Shown in pieces: positions 42,182 to 57,126 of a stretch of 64,000 nucleotides of DNA. A program made the translations under genes and the position numbers. Below the pieces are notes generated by a model, which saw only the letters and a list, made by a program, of their open reading frames with translations, had not been told where the DNA came from and searched no databases. Position 1 is the stretch's first letter; each line of letters opens with the position of its first letter. The DNA lies in the NCBI RefSeq assembly GCF_009914755.1, contig NC_060947.1; one strand, 5' to 3'. This stretch comes from the human T2T-CHM13v2.0 reference genome, Homo sapiens.

Positions 42182-44396
42182 TAAGTCTCTTTGTAGGTCT
42201 CTAAGAACTTGTTTTATGAATCTGGGTGCTCCAGTATTGAGTGCATATATATTTAGGATAGTTAGCTCTTTTTGTTGCATTGATGCCTTTACAATTATGG
42301 AATGCCCTTCTTTGTCTTTTTTGATCTTTGTTGGTTTAAAGTCTGTTTTATCAGAGACGGAGATTGCAACCCCTGCTTCTTTTTGCTTTCCATTTGCTTG
42401 GTAAATATTCCCCCACCCCTTTATTTTGAGCCTATGTGTGTCTTTGCACGTGAGATGTGTCTCCTGAATACAGAACACTGATGGGTCTTGACTCTTTATA
42501 TAATTTGCCAGTCTGTGTCTTTTAATTGGGGCTTTTAGCCCATTTACATTTAAGGTTAATATTGTTATGTATGAATTTGATCCTGTCATCATGATGCTAG
42601 CTGGTTATTTTGCACATTAGCTGATGCAGTTTCTTCGTAGTGTCATTGGTCTTTATATTTTGGTGTGTTTTTGCAGTGGCTGTTATTGGTTTTTTCCTGT
42701 CCATATTTAGTGCTTCCTTCAGGAGCTCTTGAAAGGCAGGCCTGGTGGTGACAAAATCCCTCAGCATTTGCTTGTCTGTAAAGGATTTTATTTCTCCTTC
42801 CCTTATGAAGCTTAGTTTGGCTGGATGTGAAATTCTGGGTTGAAAATTCTGTTATTTAAGTATGTTGAATATTGTCCCCCACTCTCTTCTGGCTTGTAGG
42901 TTTTCTGCTGAGAGACCCACTGTTAGTCTGATGGACTTGCCTTTGTGGGTGACCTGACCTTTCTCTCTGGCTGCCCTTAACATTTTTTCCTTCATTTCAA
43001 ACTTGGAGAATCTAATGATTATGTGTCTTGGGCTTGATCTTCTCATGAGTATCTTGGTGGTGTTCTCTGTGTTTCCTGAATTTGAATGTTGGCCTGTCTT
43101 GCTAGGTTGGGGAAGGTCTCCTGGATAATATCCTGAAGCATGTTTTCCAACTTGCTTCAATTCCCCCCCTTAATTTCAGGTACATCTGTCAATCGCAGGT
43201 TTGGTTTTTTCACATAGTCCCATATTTGTTGGAGGCTTTGTTCATTCCTTTTCATTTTTTTTCTTTAATCTTGTCTACATGCCTTATTTCAGCAAGGTGG
43301 TCTTCAATCTCTGATATCTTTTCTTCTGCTTGATCGATTCAGCTATTGATACCTGTGTATGCTTCACGAAGTTCTCGTGCTGTGTTTTACAGCTTCATCA
43401 GGTCATTTATGTTCCTCTCTAAACTGGTTATTCTAGTTAGTAGTTCCTATCACTTTTTATGAAGGTTCTTAGCTTCCTTGCATTGGGTTAGAACATGCTC
43501 CTTTAGCTCAGAGGAGTTTATTATTACCCACCATCTGAAGCCTACTTCTGTCAATTCGTCAATCTCATTCTCCTTCCAGTTTTGAGCTCTTGCTTGAGAG
43601 GTGTTGCAATCATTTGGAGGAGAAGCAGCATTCTCGCTTTTGGAATTTTCAGCATTTTTGCACTGTTTTTCCCTCATCTTCGTGGATTTATCTACATTTG
43701 ATCTTGAGGCTGATGACCTTTGGATGCGGTATTTGTGGGAGGGTCTTTTCTTTTGATGTCGTTGTTGTTGTCATTGCTTTCTGTTTGTTTTTCTTCTAAC
43801 AGTCAGGCCCCTCTTCTGTAGGTCTATTGCAGTGCTGGAGGTCCATTCCAGACCCTTTTCACCTGGATATCACCAGTGGAGGCTGTAGAACAGCAAAGAT
43901 TGCTGCCTGCTCCTTCCCCTGGAAGCTCCCTCCCAGAGGGGCACTGGCCTGATGCCAGCTGGAGCTCTCCTGTATGAGGTGTCTGTCCACCCCTGTTGGG
44001 AGGTCTCTCCCAGTCAGGAGGCACGGGGGTCAGGTACACACTCGAGGAGGCAGTCTGTCCCTTAGCGGAGCTGGTGCACTGTGCTGGTAGAATCTCCTTG
44101 TCAGGATCAGCTGCTGTCTTCAGTGCTGGCAGGCAGAAACAATTAAATCCACTGAAGCTGCCACAGCAGTCGGCCTTCCCCCTAGGTGCTCTGTCCCAGG
44201 GAGATGAGAGTTTTATCTATAAGCACCTGACTGGGGCTGCTGCATTTCCTATAGAGATGCCCTGCCCAGTGAGGAGGAATCTAGAGAAGCAGTCTGGCCA
44301 CAGCTGCTTTGCTGTGCTATGGTGAATTCTGCCCAGTCCAAACCTCCCAGTCTCCTTAGCACTGTCCGGGGAAAACCACTTACTAAAGTCTCAGTA

Positions 44397-44618
44397 ATGG
44401 TGGATGCCCTTCACCCTACCAAACTCAATCATCCCAGGTCGACTCCAGACTTCTGCACTGGCTGTGAGAATTTCAAGCCAGTGGTTCTTAGCTTGCTGGG
44501 CTCTGTGGGAGCGGGACCCACTGAGCAACACTGCTTGGCTCCCTGGCTTCAGCCCCCTTTCCAGGGGAGTGGATGGTTCTCCTGTCTCGCTGGAGTTCCA
44601 GGTGCCACTGGAGTATGA
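44397..44618 (+). other. ORF0-like antisense ORF in L1PA8 5'UTR (73 aa)
   Basis: MVDALHPTKLNHPRSTPDFCTG...VPGATGV*. Collinear with 30121-30339, with the same gtaATGG context and the same stop. Confidence 0.55.
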
Positions 44619-45659
44619 AAAAACTCCTGTGGCTACCTCGGTGCCTGCTCAAACAGCCACCCAGTTTTGTGCTTGAAACCCAGGGCCCTGGTTGTATATG
44701 CTCACAAGGGACTCTGCTGATCTGCAGATTGCAAAAATCCATGGGAAAAGCGTAGTACTCAGGGCTGGCAGCACAGTCCCTCACTGTTTCCCTTGCCTGG
44801 GGGAGGGAGGTACCCCAGCTCCTTGCGCTTCCTGGGTGAAGTGACACCCCATCCTGCTTCTGCTTGCTCTCCATGAGTTGCACCCACTGCCTAACCAGTC
44901 CCATTGAGATGAACTGGGTACCTCAGTTGGAAATGTAGAAATTACCTACCTTCTGTGTTGGTTTTGCTGGGAGCTGCAGACCAGAGCTGTTTCTATTCGG
45001 CCATCTTGGCTCCTTCCAAACATACACAATTCATAAACATACTTATGAGTTAGAGCTCCTTCTGATCTTGGTCTATCTGAGAGAATGTGTGAGATTTAAT
45101 TTCTCTGTTTAGATTTCTTAAGCTATAATCTGGCTTTGACCATGTGGAACTGAGCAACATTTCTGTATAGCTTTTATTCCCACTATAAATGTTCTTGAGG
45201 CTTTTAACTTCTGATGATCTAGTCTTTACAAAGTTTCTGTAGTGCCCAAGTGTTGCTGTTTTTTTTTTAATGATTAAGATGAAGTGATTGGCAAACTTTT
45301 ATAATCCTTCCTATTTCTTCTTAATTCCTTTCTTTTCTGGAAGTTAAACCAATGTGCTACACTTTTCTGTCCTTCTTTAAACATTAAAAATAGAATAATT
45401 GCACCAAGTGGTACAGATCAATGTTCGTAGTACCAAGCAGCAACCTAGGATAATCAATTAGGTCAACCTTTTCCAAGTAAGTACCATGGGTCATTAGTTC
45501 TGAGGGAGGTTGGGTAATAGGTGCTGCATGGAAAAAGAGGAAGTAGCTATGATTAAATGATATTTGAAAACTGATATTTTACTGCATTTTTCTCAGAGCC
45601 TTTAATATACTGATGTTTCATGTGAATTTCCAGGAAAGAAATATAGTAGGCAGTATTTA

Positions 45660-45907
45660 CAGGGTTATCCAATTTTTTTGCTTCCCTGGACCACATTGGA
45701 AGAAGAAGGATTATCTTGGGCCACACATATAAGACACTAATAGGAACAATAGATCATGAGCTAAAACAAACAAACAAACAAAAACAGAAAACAAAAACAC
45801 AAAAACATCTCATAATGTTTTAAGAGAGTTTATGAATTTGTGATGAGCTTCATTCATAACCATCTTGGGCTGCATGTGGTCCACGGGTCGCAAGTTGGAC
45901 AACCTTG
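45660..45907. mobile_element. MER30 hAT-Charlie MITE (apparently within an older hAT fossil at ~45470-45985)
   Basis: 'cagggttatccaat...cttccctggaccacattggaagaagaa...gttggacaaccttg' with inverted termini. Confidence 0.8.
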
Positions 45908-47368
45908 ATTTAAAACTTTTTCCAAATGAAATGTCTCAGAGAACTAGTGACAAGTATTCCACATAGCATATTTTGTGAAATGCTACATTAGATGAATCCT
46001 GCACCAAGTGTGTGGAGACATGTGTCCTGATTCCTCTTCTGCCACAGAGTAGTTCTGCGACTTTGGAGAAGTTGCCTTTATGGCTTTTGCATTTCCTATT
46101 TGTAAAAAAATAGGAAGTTGAATTAGAACAGAGCTAGGGGTAGGGGATCACTTCTCAGAAAAAACTCTGAGACTTTTTCAGCCCTTCCAACAAAGTTTTG
46201 ACATAATCTTCTAATCTCTTCAAACTTTAAAGCTACTGTTGCTTTGGGAGCACAGAGTGTCCCTTATCTGTGTTGAGATGGAGAGTAGAAGTTGAGAACC
46301 ACTGGGCTGAAATCCTCTTTGAGCTCACTTCCATCTCATACTTATCATGTGTATTACAGATAGCCAGTCAAACCCAAAGTTTGTTTTGGCTACCTGAAAA
46401 AATGTTAATGTTTTTGTTGATGTGATATTTCCTCATAACAGTTTGTCAAAAATATTCTGCTACTTAGAAGCAGTTATAACCATTCCCTTTCATCTGTTTC
46501 AGGAATACTTATGTCATCAGTGGTATCAAACTAAATAACAGAGAGAGAGGATCTCTAAGAAAAAATGTTTATTTGGGAATAGAAATTGCAGTGGGAATAC
46601 AAGTGCCATAGTAAACTATTCAGGAAGGTAAAAGAAGATAAAGATTTTTAAAGAAAAAATGAGGATTACATAAATATTTTGAGATAATTATCTTGGCTAC
46701 AAGGATCAATAACAAGGGTGGCACAATGTGTGAAGTTGGACAGGCAGCTTCTGGGCAGATTGTCTCATGGAAAATTGAAATGGTCTTTGTGTAAGGTTGT
46801 GGCTTTCGCAGTCTTTTGTGATAATTCTTGTTATTGGGGATTTATGCCTGAGAACCCTCCCTTCATGGCCTTCCTTGACTCTATTTGTCATGGTTTTTAG
46901 CACAAATGACTCCATTTTGATTATGACAATTTTCACATTTTTCCCTTTTGATGAAGATATTTTTCTGAAAGACTTACTCATTGATTATCCTATAGTTAGG
47001 TTTTCATTGTCCCTCCATGCCAAGATGGATCTGTCCTGATTTCCTCTAGTCTGGTCTGGTCTCCAGTGTGAAGGAAGTGATTGATGACTAAGAGTCAGTG
47101 TCAAAACTCTTTTAGCCATATTTGAGCAACAAGAGAGACTGGGGTGAGTTGCTCTTGAGCTAAATCTACCTAGAGTCCATTATTAAGTTCAAATTTGTCT
47201 GTTTAGTAGATATTTGTTATTATCTCAAAGTATTGGGCCGATATCATTTTGTTAGGAGTTATACTTTTGTAGAAATGTAACAACTAGCTAGCTGGTACAA
47301 AGTTTAAAAAGGAAACTATGAAGTAAAATTAATAGTAATATAATAATCATAGTTTGTAGGATAGTTTT

Positions 47369-49427
<2,059 letters not shown>

Positions 49428-49570
49428 TTATAAAACTGTTAAGACCGTCACAGACATTTACAATATGTTTAAACTTTTAGTTTTGTCCTATATTTAAAAA
49501 ATAGTCATCTTATTTTAGGACAAAAATTTAGCATATAAGTTTTTTATACAAATTTTTAAAAAGATTTTTA

Positions 49571-49574
<4 letters not shown>

Positions 49575-49610
<36 letters not shown>
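49575..49610. repeat. (TA)n microsatellite
   Basis: Perfect TA run of about 18 units. Confidence 0.95.
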
Positions 49611-49611
<1 letters not shown>

Positions 49612-50166
49612 CTTAAACAATCTCTCTTTGGTTTCTTTAAATCTTGTTTTTATTGTTCTAAACCTATATTTAAAAACAAACTTTAAATAACCTGAATTTA
49701 GACAAAATTACTTTCTAAATAAATAACCCATTTTCAATGCACTTTCAATAATTGGTTTTGTTAGAAATACATCTTTTGTGGTTCACTTTGTATATAAAAT
49801 TATACATATTAATTAGAATTTTTAACTTTTAGTAACCTTAATTTTTAGTGATAATCTAGGAAGAACTTTTGAGCTGTCTATCATATATCAGTATTTTATA
49901 GATGAGAACTATTTTATAATTTTTAAAAACATGTTTTCTCCTAACATAATTTTATGTATATTAATAGATGTAAATTATTTAGTTTTTTAAATAAAATTTA
50001 AGTATTCAAGAACAAACTTATGGTTAGTAATTTATGTTTTAGTATTTTATCTTATTTGAAAATGAACCAGATAATTAATGAGTGTTTAATATTTAAGATA
50101 ACTTTAGATTTTTCAATTATATGAAAAGTTTATTTATAAATGTTAATCCCATTTATATTTAACTGT

Positions 50167-50508
50167 TTTATTATTTATTTATTTGAGACAGGGTCTCAGT
50201 CTGTTACCCAGGCTGGAGTGCAGTGGCACAATCACAGGGAATTTAACTGAGTAATTGTTTTGAGGTCAGCCTCCATCTCCTGGGCTCAGGTGATGCTCCC
50301 ACCTCAGACTCCTGAGTAGCTAGAAGTACAGGTTCCCGCCACCACACCCAGTCAATTTTTGTATTTTTTGTAGAGATGGGATTTCTCTACATGTTGCCCA
50401 GGCTGGCCACGTTGCCCAGGCTGGTCTCAAACTCCCAGGCTCAAGTGATCTGCCTGCCTCAGCCTCCCAAAGTGCTGGTATTACAGGTGTGAGCCACCAT
50501 GCTTGAAC
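50167..50508 (-). mobile_element. AluJ inside the provirus, internally rearranged
   Basis: AluJ diagnostics (gagacagggtctc, ctcccaggctcaagtgatc). Contains a foreign 29-bp patch and a tandem duplication. Confidence 0.85.
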
Positions 50509-52834
50509 TATATAATATATATATATGGATTACTTACGGAAACTAAGATATTAGACAAAGCTGGTTGTCATTTTGAGTTATTTTCTTGTTAACCACTTTT
50601 TTTCCTTATGAACTTCATTTGTAAATTGTTAATCATTTTTATAGCCTGTGAATATCTGGGTGTTTACCTAAGTAATAGCCTTAAATATATGAGCGTTTTG
50701 TCAATAACACAGAAAAGATAGCTGTTTTTACTAAAGTAGCAATATTAAATTAGTCTTATCAATGAGTTTTACAAACAAAGATTATTATGTTTTTAGGTTG
50801 GATTTATAGTTTTATTACCTCAAATCATCTAGTAGAGATAAGTATAATCTTGTCTAAAAAGTAAACCCAAAAATAATATGTTGACAATTTTGAATATATT
50901 TTAATTTTTATTTTATTAACAAATGTAAAACTGATTATTTATCAAAGATTTACTTAAGTCATGTGAACTAAAAAGCATTTGGGTTAATTACTATATTTTA
51001 ACAATTTTTATGAGTGCTCATTTACCTAAGCCAATCTAAACAGAATTTTTAAAAGGGAATTCTGGTTAACTCTGCCAGGTTTTTCCAACTAGATACAATA
51101 CATGTACCTACATGTAAATATACCTAGACATGTGTGTATATATACACAAAAGATCCTATAGGTTTTATTTTAAAATTTTAATTATGAAACAGTAAAACAT
51201 GATAATACAAACTTACCAGTTTATAAAATGATAGTTGCTTTTAAATTATGTTTTTGACAAAATGGGACTAGTTTACATGGGTAAATTTTATTTGTCCCAG
51301 TAGGTAATCTAATGAAGGCTATAGACCTAAATTTTGGATAAAGAATTTTTAATGTGGTAGTTGGATTTTTTTTTTAAAAAAACCTCTTTTTATTTTTATT
51401 TGTTTTAAGTGAGTTTAAGTATTTAAATGTTGACATTTTAACTAGGACTGGCTGAATTGTATAAGGAAAACAAAATTTCCAGATGACCTTGAATTTTAGT
51501 AACAAATTTATTTTTTGTTAGTCTGGTTTGACTAGTTAACGTGGGAAGGGAACATTTTAGAAAATGTTATTATTTCTTTTCAGCTCTTTTTCATCCCTTT
51601 TGGGCACAGAAAGCAATTTTTATGTCAGACAGAGATATATTATGGTTTTGAACTGAAGATTTTGATCTATTTGATCTGAGTCTTTCATAAACATTTATCT
51701 AGGTTTTAAGACTATTAATCCTTTAATTAACTATTTCATTGCCCTTTGTAATTATTAGTTAGGCAAACCTAAGTTCACATTTTAAAAGTTGTCTAGGTTG
51801 GTTGTTGCCATGGAGCTGTTGTAATTTGTAGTATCATTAATTTGAAAGTCCTTTGAGACTCTTTTTAAAAAATCTTGGCTGAAATCTCATAAGAAATGAG
51901 TATATTTTAATACTAGCAGAAAAGTCAGCAGATTTAAAGTGGGTAGAAAAAATAGAGAGACAAAGAACTTAGAAGGCTCTCCATGTTAACTCTATAGTTG
52001 GTTGTAGTTTTTTTTAATAAGCTTAGAGAGTTTGAATAATTGCCATTTAAGTTCTGAGTTTTTTATATGGTTTGCCTACCAGTTGAAAAATGTGTATGAG
52101 AATAGACTATAAATTTTGAATGTATAGTTGTCTAGAATTCCAGAGGGCTTGGCATGCTTTAGAATTTTGAGAATCCTGTTCTTTTTTTTCTTGAGACCAG
52201 AGAAAATCTTATCAGTACTGTCAGGGAATGTCAGGAGTTTGGACTGGTATTTTCGATGGCGTCGACTACCCTACTAGCTTTTAATTGGCTGTCTTGCACT
52301 CACCATTTAGAATGGTTATTTTTGCTCTTGGAAGATGTTTAGAAACAAATAAGGTAAAAAAGAGCCAAATCATTTACAGACACATGTAACCAAACCAAAA
52401 TGACACCAAAATCAGAATATTCACAAAAATTTTTAGCCAGGTTTATACATCAAACAAAATATTAAAACAGGCACAAAGAAACAAAAGTGAATTTACCAGA
52501 AAATAAATGTCTCACAGACAGAATATAAACTAGAGTTCTCAAACCAGAAGGATCCTTGTCTTTATATCAGAAAGTGCTTGTCAAAAAAGACTTATGGTCC
52601 CAGAAGGGATGTAAGATTCTTTATTTAAAGTGGTCTTTTAACTAAATCAGATCTGGAATAAAGTAAAAAAGGACTCACCAAAGGGAGGGAGTCTGAGAAT
52701 CTGAGAGAAGATTCGCCAGGGCAGAAAAGGAACTCACGAAAATAGAGAGTACAAAGGACTCAGTCATTGCTGCATTCAATTCCAGAGGTCAAGATTTGTC
52801 TGAGGTGAGTTCATTTTGAACTCATTTCTAACAC

Positions 52835-53244
52835 TGTCTTGGTCTGTTGTGTTGCTGTAACAGAATACCTGAGACTGGGTAATTTACAAGAAAACAGACT
52901 TATTTAGTTCACAGTTCTGCAGGCTGGCTTCTGTTGAGAGCTTTCATGTTGTATCACAACATGACAGAGAAGGTCAAACAGGATTCTGATGCATGCAAAG
53001 AAGGAACCAAACAGGAGGAGGAACCTCACTTTATGACAACCTGCTCTCATGGGAATTAATCCAGTCTTTTGAGAATGAAAATTCTCTTAATACTCCAAGA
53101 ATGGCACCAAGGTATTTATGAGGAATTTGCCCCCATGACCCAAACACCTCCCACTAGGCCCCACTTTCCAACACTGCCACATTGGGGATCAAATTTCAAC
53201 CTGAGTTTTGGTGGAGAAAAATGGAACACATCCAAACCATAGCA
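52835..53244 (-). mobile_element. MSTB-type MaLR solo LTR
   Basis: 'tgtcttggtctgttgtgttgctgtaacagaatacctgagactgggtaattt...cccactaggccccac...catccaaaccatagca'. Flanked by acac on both sides. Confidence 0.88.
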
Positions 53245-53721
53245 ACACCATTAAATAACAGAAAGGGAGACTCTCTAAAAAGAAAACCAAATAATGAACT
53301 GGGAGACTCTTCAAAATAAAATGATTTCATATTTAGGAATAGGCATTGTAATGGGAATAAGTGGGCCATAGTAAACAATATGCATATTCAGGAAGGTGTA
53401 AAGGAAGGCAAAGGTTTTAAAAGACAGAATGAGGAGGATTACATAATTGTCTTTAAGATAATTATCTTTGGCTACAAGGATCAATAACAAAGGTGGCACC
53501 AGTCTGAAGTTGGACAGGCAGTTTCTGGGCAGATGTCCTCACAGAAGTATTTTTTGTGTATGTAAGGTCTTTGTCCGAGGTTTTGGTTTTTGCAGTCTTT
53601 TGTAATAGTTCTCATTATCAGATGTTTTTGCATGAGAATCCTCCCTTTATAGCCTCCTCCAGTTCTATTTGTCATGGTTTTTAACACAAGCAACTCCATT
53701 TTGATTCTAACAACTTTCACA

Positions 53722-54159
53722 ATAGTGTTTCCTACAAGCTATGCCTGAGATTAGGATGCTTGTGTAAATGGTTTATTAAGGGAGTGACCTGAAGAAAAAC
53801 TTGTAATGAAGCAAAGGAAGCAGGAGAAGGCAAGATAAGAAGCTAAGTAAGGACATGGCATCAGGAGAAGCATAGCCTGATCCCGTGGGGGCCATTAAAA
53901 CACGAATTACATCACTGATTGTCTTGCTCAGTGGTAAGGAGGATGGACTTTTGTGCTACTGCATCTGCCATTTATTGATGAATTGCTTCTGGGATGAGGG
54001 ACATAACCTTCCTGACTTATGAAGGTGAGGCAGCTCCTATCAGCTTCTGAGAAGGATGCAGCTGTGAATCATTAGAAGCCAACCCTCAGAAAACCTGGAT
54101 GATGGGTGCATTGGCCCAGAAAAAGGGGTATGAGCAGGGTACAAACATCATCTGCTACA
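53722..54159 (-). mobile_element. Old ERVL-type LTR (LTR33/LTR41/LTR16-like)
   Basis: 'gtttcctacaagctatgcctgagattaggatgcttgtgtaaatggtttattaagggag...catcatctgctaca'. Its other terminus may be 'tgtcatcagtgg' at 46512-46523. Confidence 0.55.
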
Positions 54160-54801
54160 ACCAACTTACTTGTGGGAAATCAAAATCCCCTTTGGTTTAA
54201 AGTCTGCCTGTAAGCATTTAACAGATACATTCCTAAAGACAGTAGTTAAATGTAATTTAAGTCAAATATTAAAGTGCCTACTGTTAGCCAAGCTGCACAA
54301 TGCTAGGTACTGTGGAGAATATTAAGGGAATTGATCATTATATTCACTCTTGAAAAGCTTAACGTTTGGTTGGTGTGAAGAATAATATGTACATAATATT
54401 GTGAAATATCAACGATAAGGATGTAATCATATGTTATAGAAATGGTACCCAATGGAATCAGTGGCAGCATGCTTAGGTGATCAGAGATGGACAACTTTGG
54501 GCTAGGATACAAGGATACAAAGCCCTAGGCAATCTTTAATATTAGTAAGGATGGTGAGTCTTTATGGTGGGCAAGTGTAAAGAAAAGCATCATGGAGGAA
54601 AGTGGGACTTGAGTTTAGCCGATAAGGAATGATGAAGGGGAATGTGGGAGGTTTATGGTGGAGCAGGAGGTTACAGGATGAAAAACCTGAGTAAACTTTG
54701 GAGCATTACACAATGCATGTGTTGTGAGGGAGCAATGAAGAGCATGACTTAGTTTGTCCAGAGGATTTGTGTTGCAGGGTAGTGGAAAGAGTATAGCAGT
54801 A

Positions 54802-55156
<355 letters not shown>

Positions 55157-56838
55157 TTAGATAGTGACAAGCTCCTGAATGTTTTTGAGCATGAGAATGA
55201 TCTGATGAAATGATGCTTTAGGAAGGGTTGTCTGGGCAAAACAAAGAAGTTGTTGGAGCTGTCTTTATGCACAACTTTTAAAATGGATTAATTGACTTTA
55301 AGATGTCAGAAACTTGTTTATTTAAATCTTTCATGTTAGTGACTTGTATTTGGAATGCAGTTACTTAACTCAGGTCTTATGCTTGACTACATTCAGCTTT
55401 TCAGAAACAGCTGTATTAGGTCATCCAGAAACCCTGATTTTTTTTTTAAAGGTATCATTAAGTGGTGAGAAAGAAAAGACTCATTCAAAACTTTCAATTT
55501 ACCTTTCAAACCAAAGCCCAGGGATAATTATTCATAATCATTTCTAAGTCTGAAATGTGACATTGTTCCATGAGTCATCATCTAGGTTTTAACCACACAT
55601 GCACAAAAAAGCACAACATAATACCACACAGGCTATTTGAGAAAGCATTCAGAGAAATGTTCTGCCTTTTTATGTTGACTTCCTGTGTATAAATCTGGAA
55701 TCATAAAAGTCCAAGGACACTCTTCAGTAGGAGTACATTCAGTAAACAGCATGTGTGGAGCAACAACTGTATGCAGAACTGGAGTAGAAGCTGGTTACAA
55801 GAGAAAGAATTTTTTTTTTTTTTTGCCTTTGGAGATGCTATAGTAGAAATAGAATACAATGTTTGAAAAATAGAATGTTTGAAAAATGTATGAGAACATG
55901 TGTAAAGCAATATCTAAAAGGGGACACATGAGATATAAACTGAGAATTAATGCCAAAGGGCTAGGAGAAGTCACAAAAGAGGACTCAGACATGAGGGAGT
56001 CACAAAACTAATTTTCTGACCTGGGCCAATTTTTCCTTAAATTGGCGTGGTTTACCAGAAGAAGAGAACATTGTGTTTCCCTTCCTGGCAAGTACTTTTG
56101 GTTGCCGAAGACTATATTATCAGATGGTGAAAATGTTCATTCTATTGATGTGGTTCCTCAGTGGAAAGTCATCACATCTTTCTAGAAGAGCCAAAATCTT
56201 TTGTGAATGAGCTGTGTTTTATGGCAAGCTTTTATAAATGATTCTAGAATTACAGAGTTTCTCATGCCAGAATATCTATTTGCTCTGGGCTAGCTAGCTA
56301 AAGGACTGACCTCTGCCCTGGACTATATAGTAAATACCTATCTTCTTAACTCACAAATGAAGGTTCTTAGACTAAAGTTTGGACATGGGTCCAGAGAATA
56401 TGACAGGAATCAGGATTCCAGGGCGATAGATGAGGCAGCAAAGTTTGGAGCTACTGAGTCAGACTCAGCTGGAGTTGGCTACTACTAATTCAAATGAGCT
56501 AGGGATCAAGAACATGGAATCTAAAAGGAAGGAATGGGGTAAGGGAATGGCAATCTGGACCAGAATGGGCCAGAAGCCAAGGCCAATATACAGTGGGAAA
56601 ATGGTTATTCAAACTGGGGGAAGCTAGGTCAGTATAGCAAAGGTGAAGCCAAGGCTAAGGACAACAGTCCAGATTCTTCCTAGCAAAGTGTCTCACAGAA
56701 ATAGAGAGCCTGAATCCTTGAGTATACAATTAACAGCACAGGTTTTGAAATCAGTCTAAATACAAATCTCAACTCTGCCACCTACCACTATGGTACCTTG
56801 AGTAAAAGTTCCTTAACTGTGCTAAGGATCTGGATCCG

Positions 56839-57126
56839 TTTTTTTTTTTTTTTTTACTGTATCTCTCTCTGTTGCCCAGGCTAGAGTGCAATGACACTGT
56901 AGCCTCGACCTGCTGGACCCAAGCGATCCTCCTGCCTCAGCCTTCCAAATAGCTGGAACTGCAGGCATGCACCACCACACCTGGCTAATTTTTTATTTTT
57001 ATTTTTAGCACAGAGGACGTCTCACCATGTTGCCCATGCTGATCTCAAACTCCTGGGCTCAAGTGATCCTCCTGCTTTGGCCTCCCAAAGTGCTGGGATT
57101 ATAGGCATGAGTAACTGCTGCTGGCC
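56839..57126 (-). mobile_element. AluJ interrupting a MIR (~56710-57250)
   Basis: T-tract and 'ctcaaactcctgggctcaagtgatcctcc'. MIR text on both sides. Confidence 0.85.
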
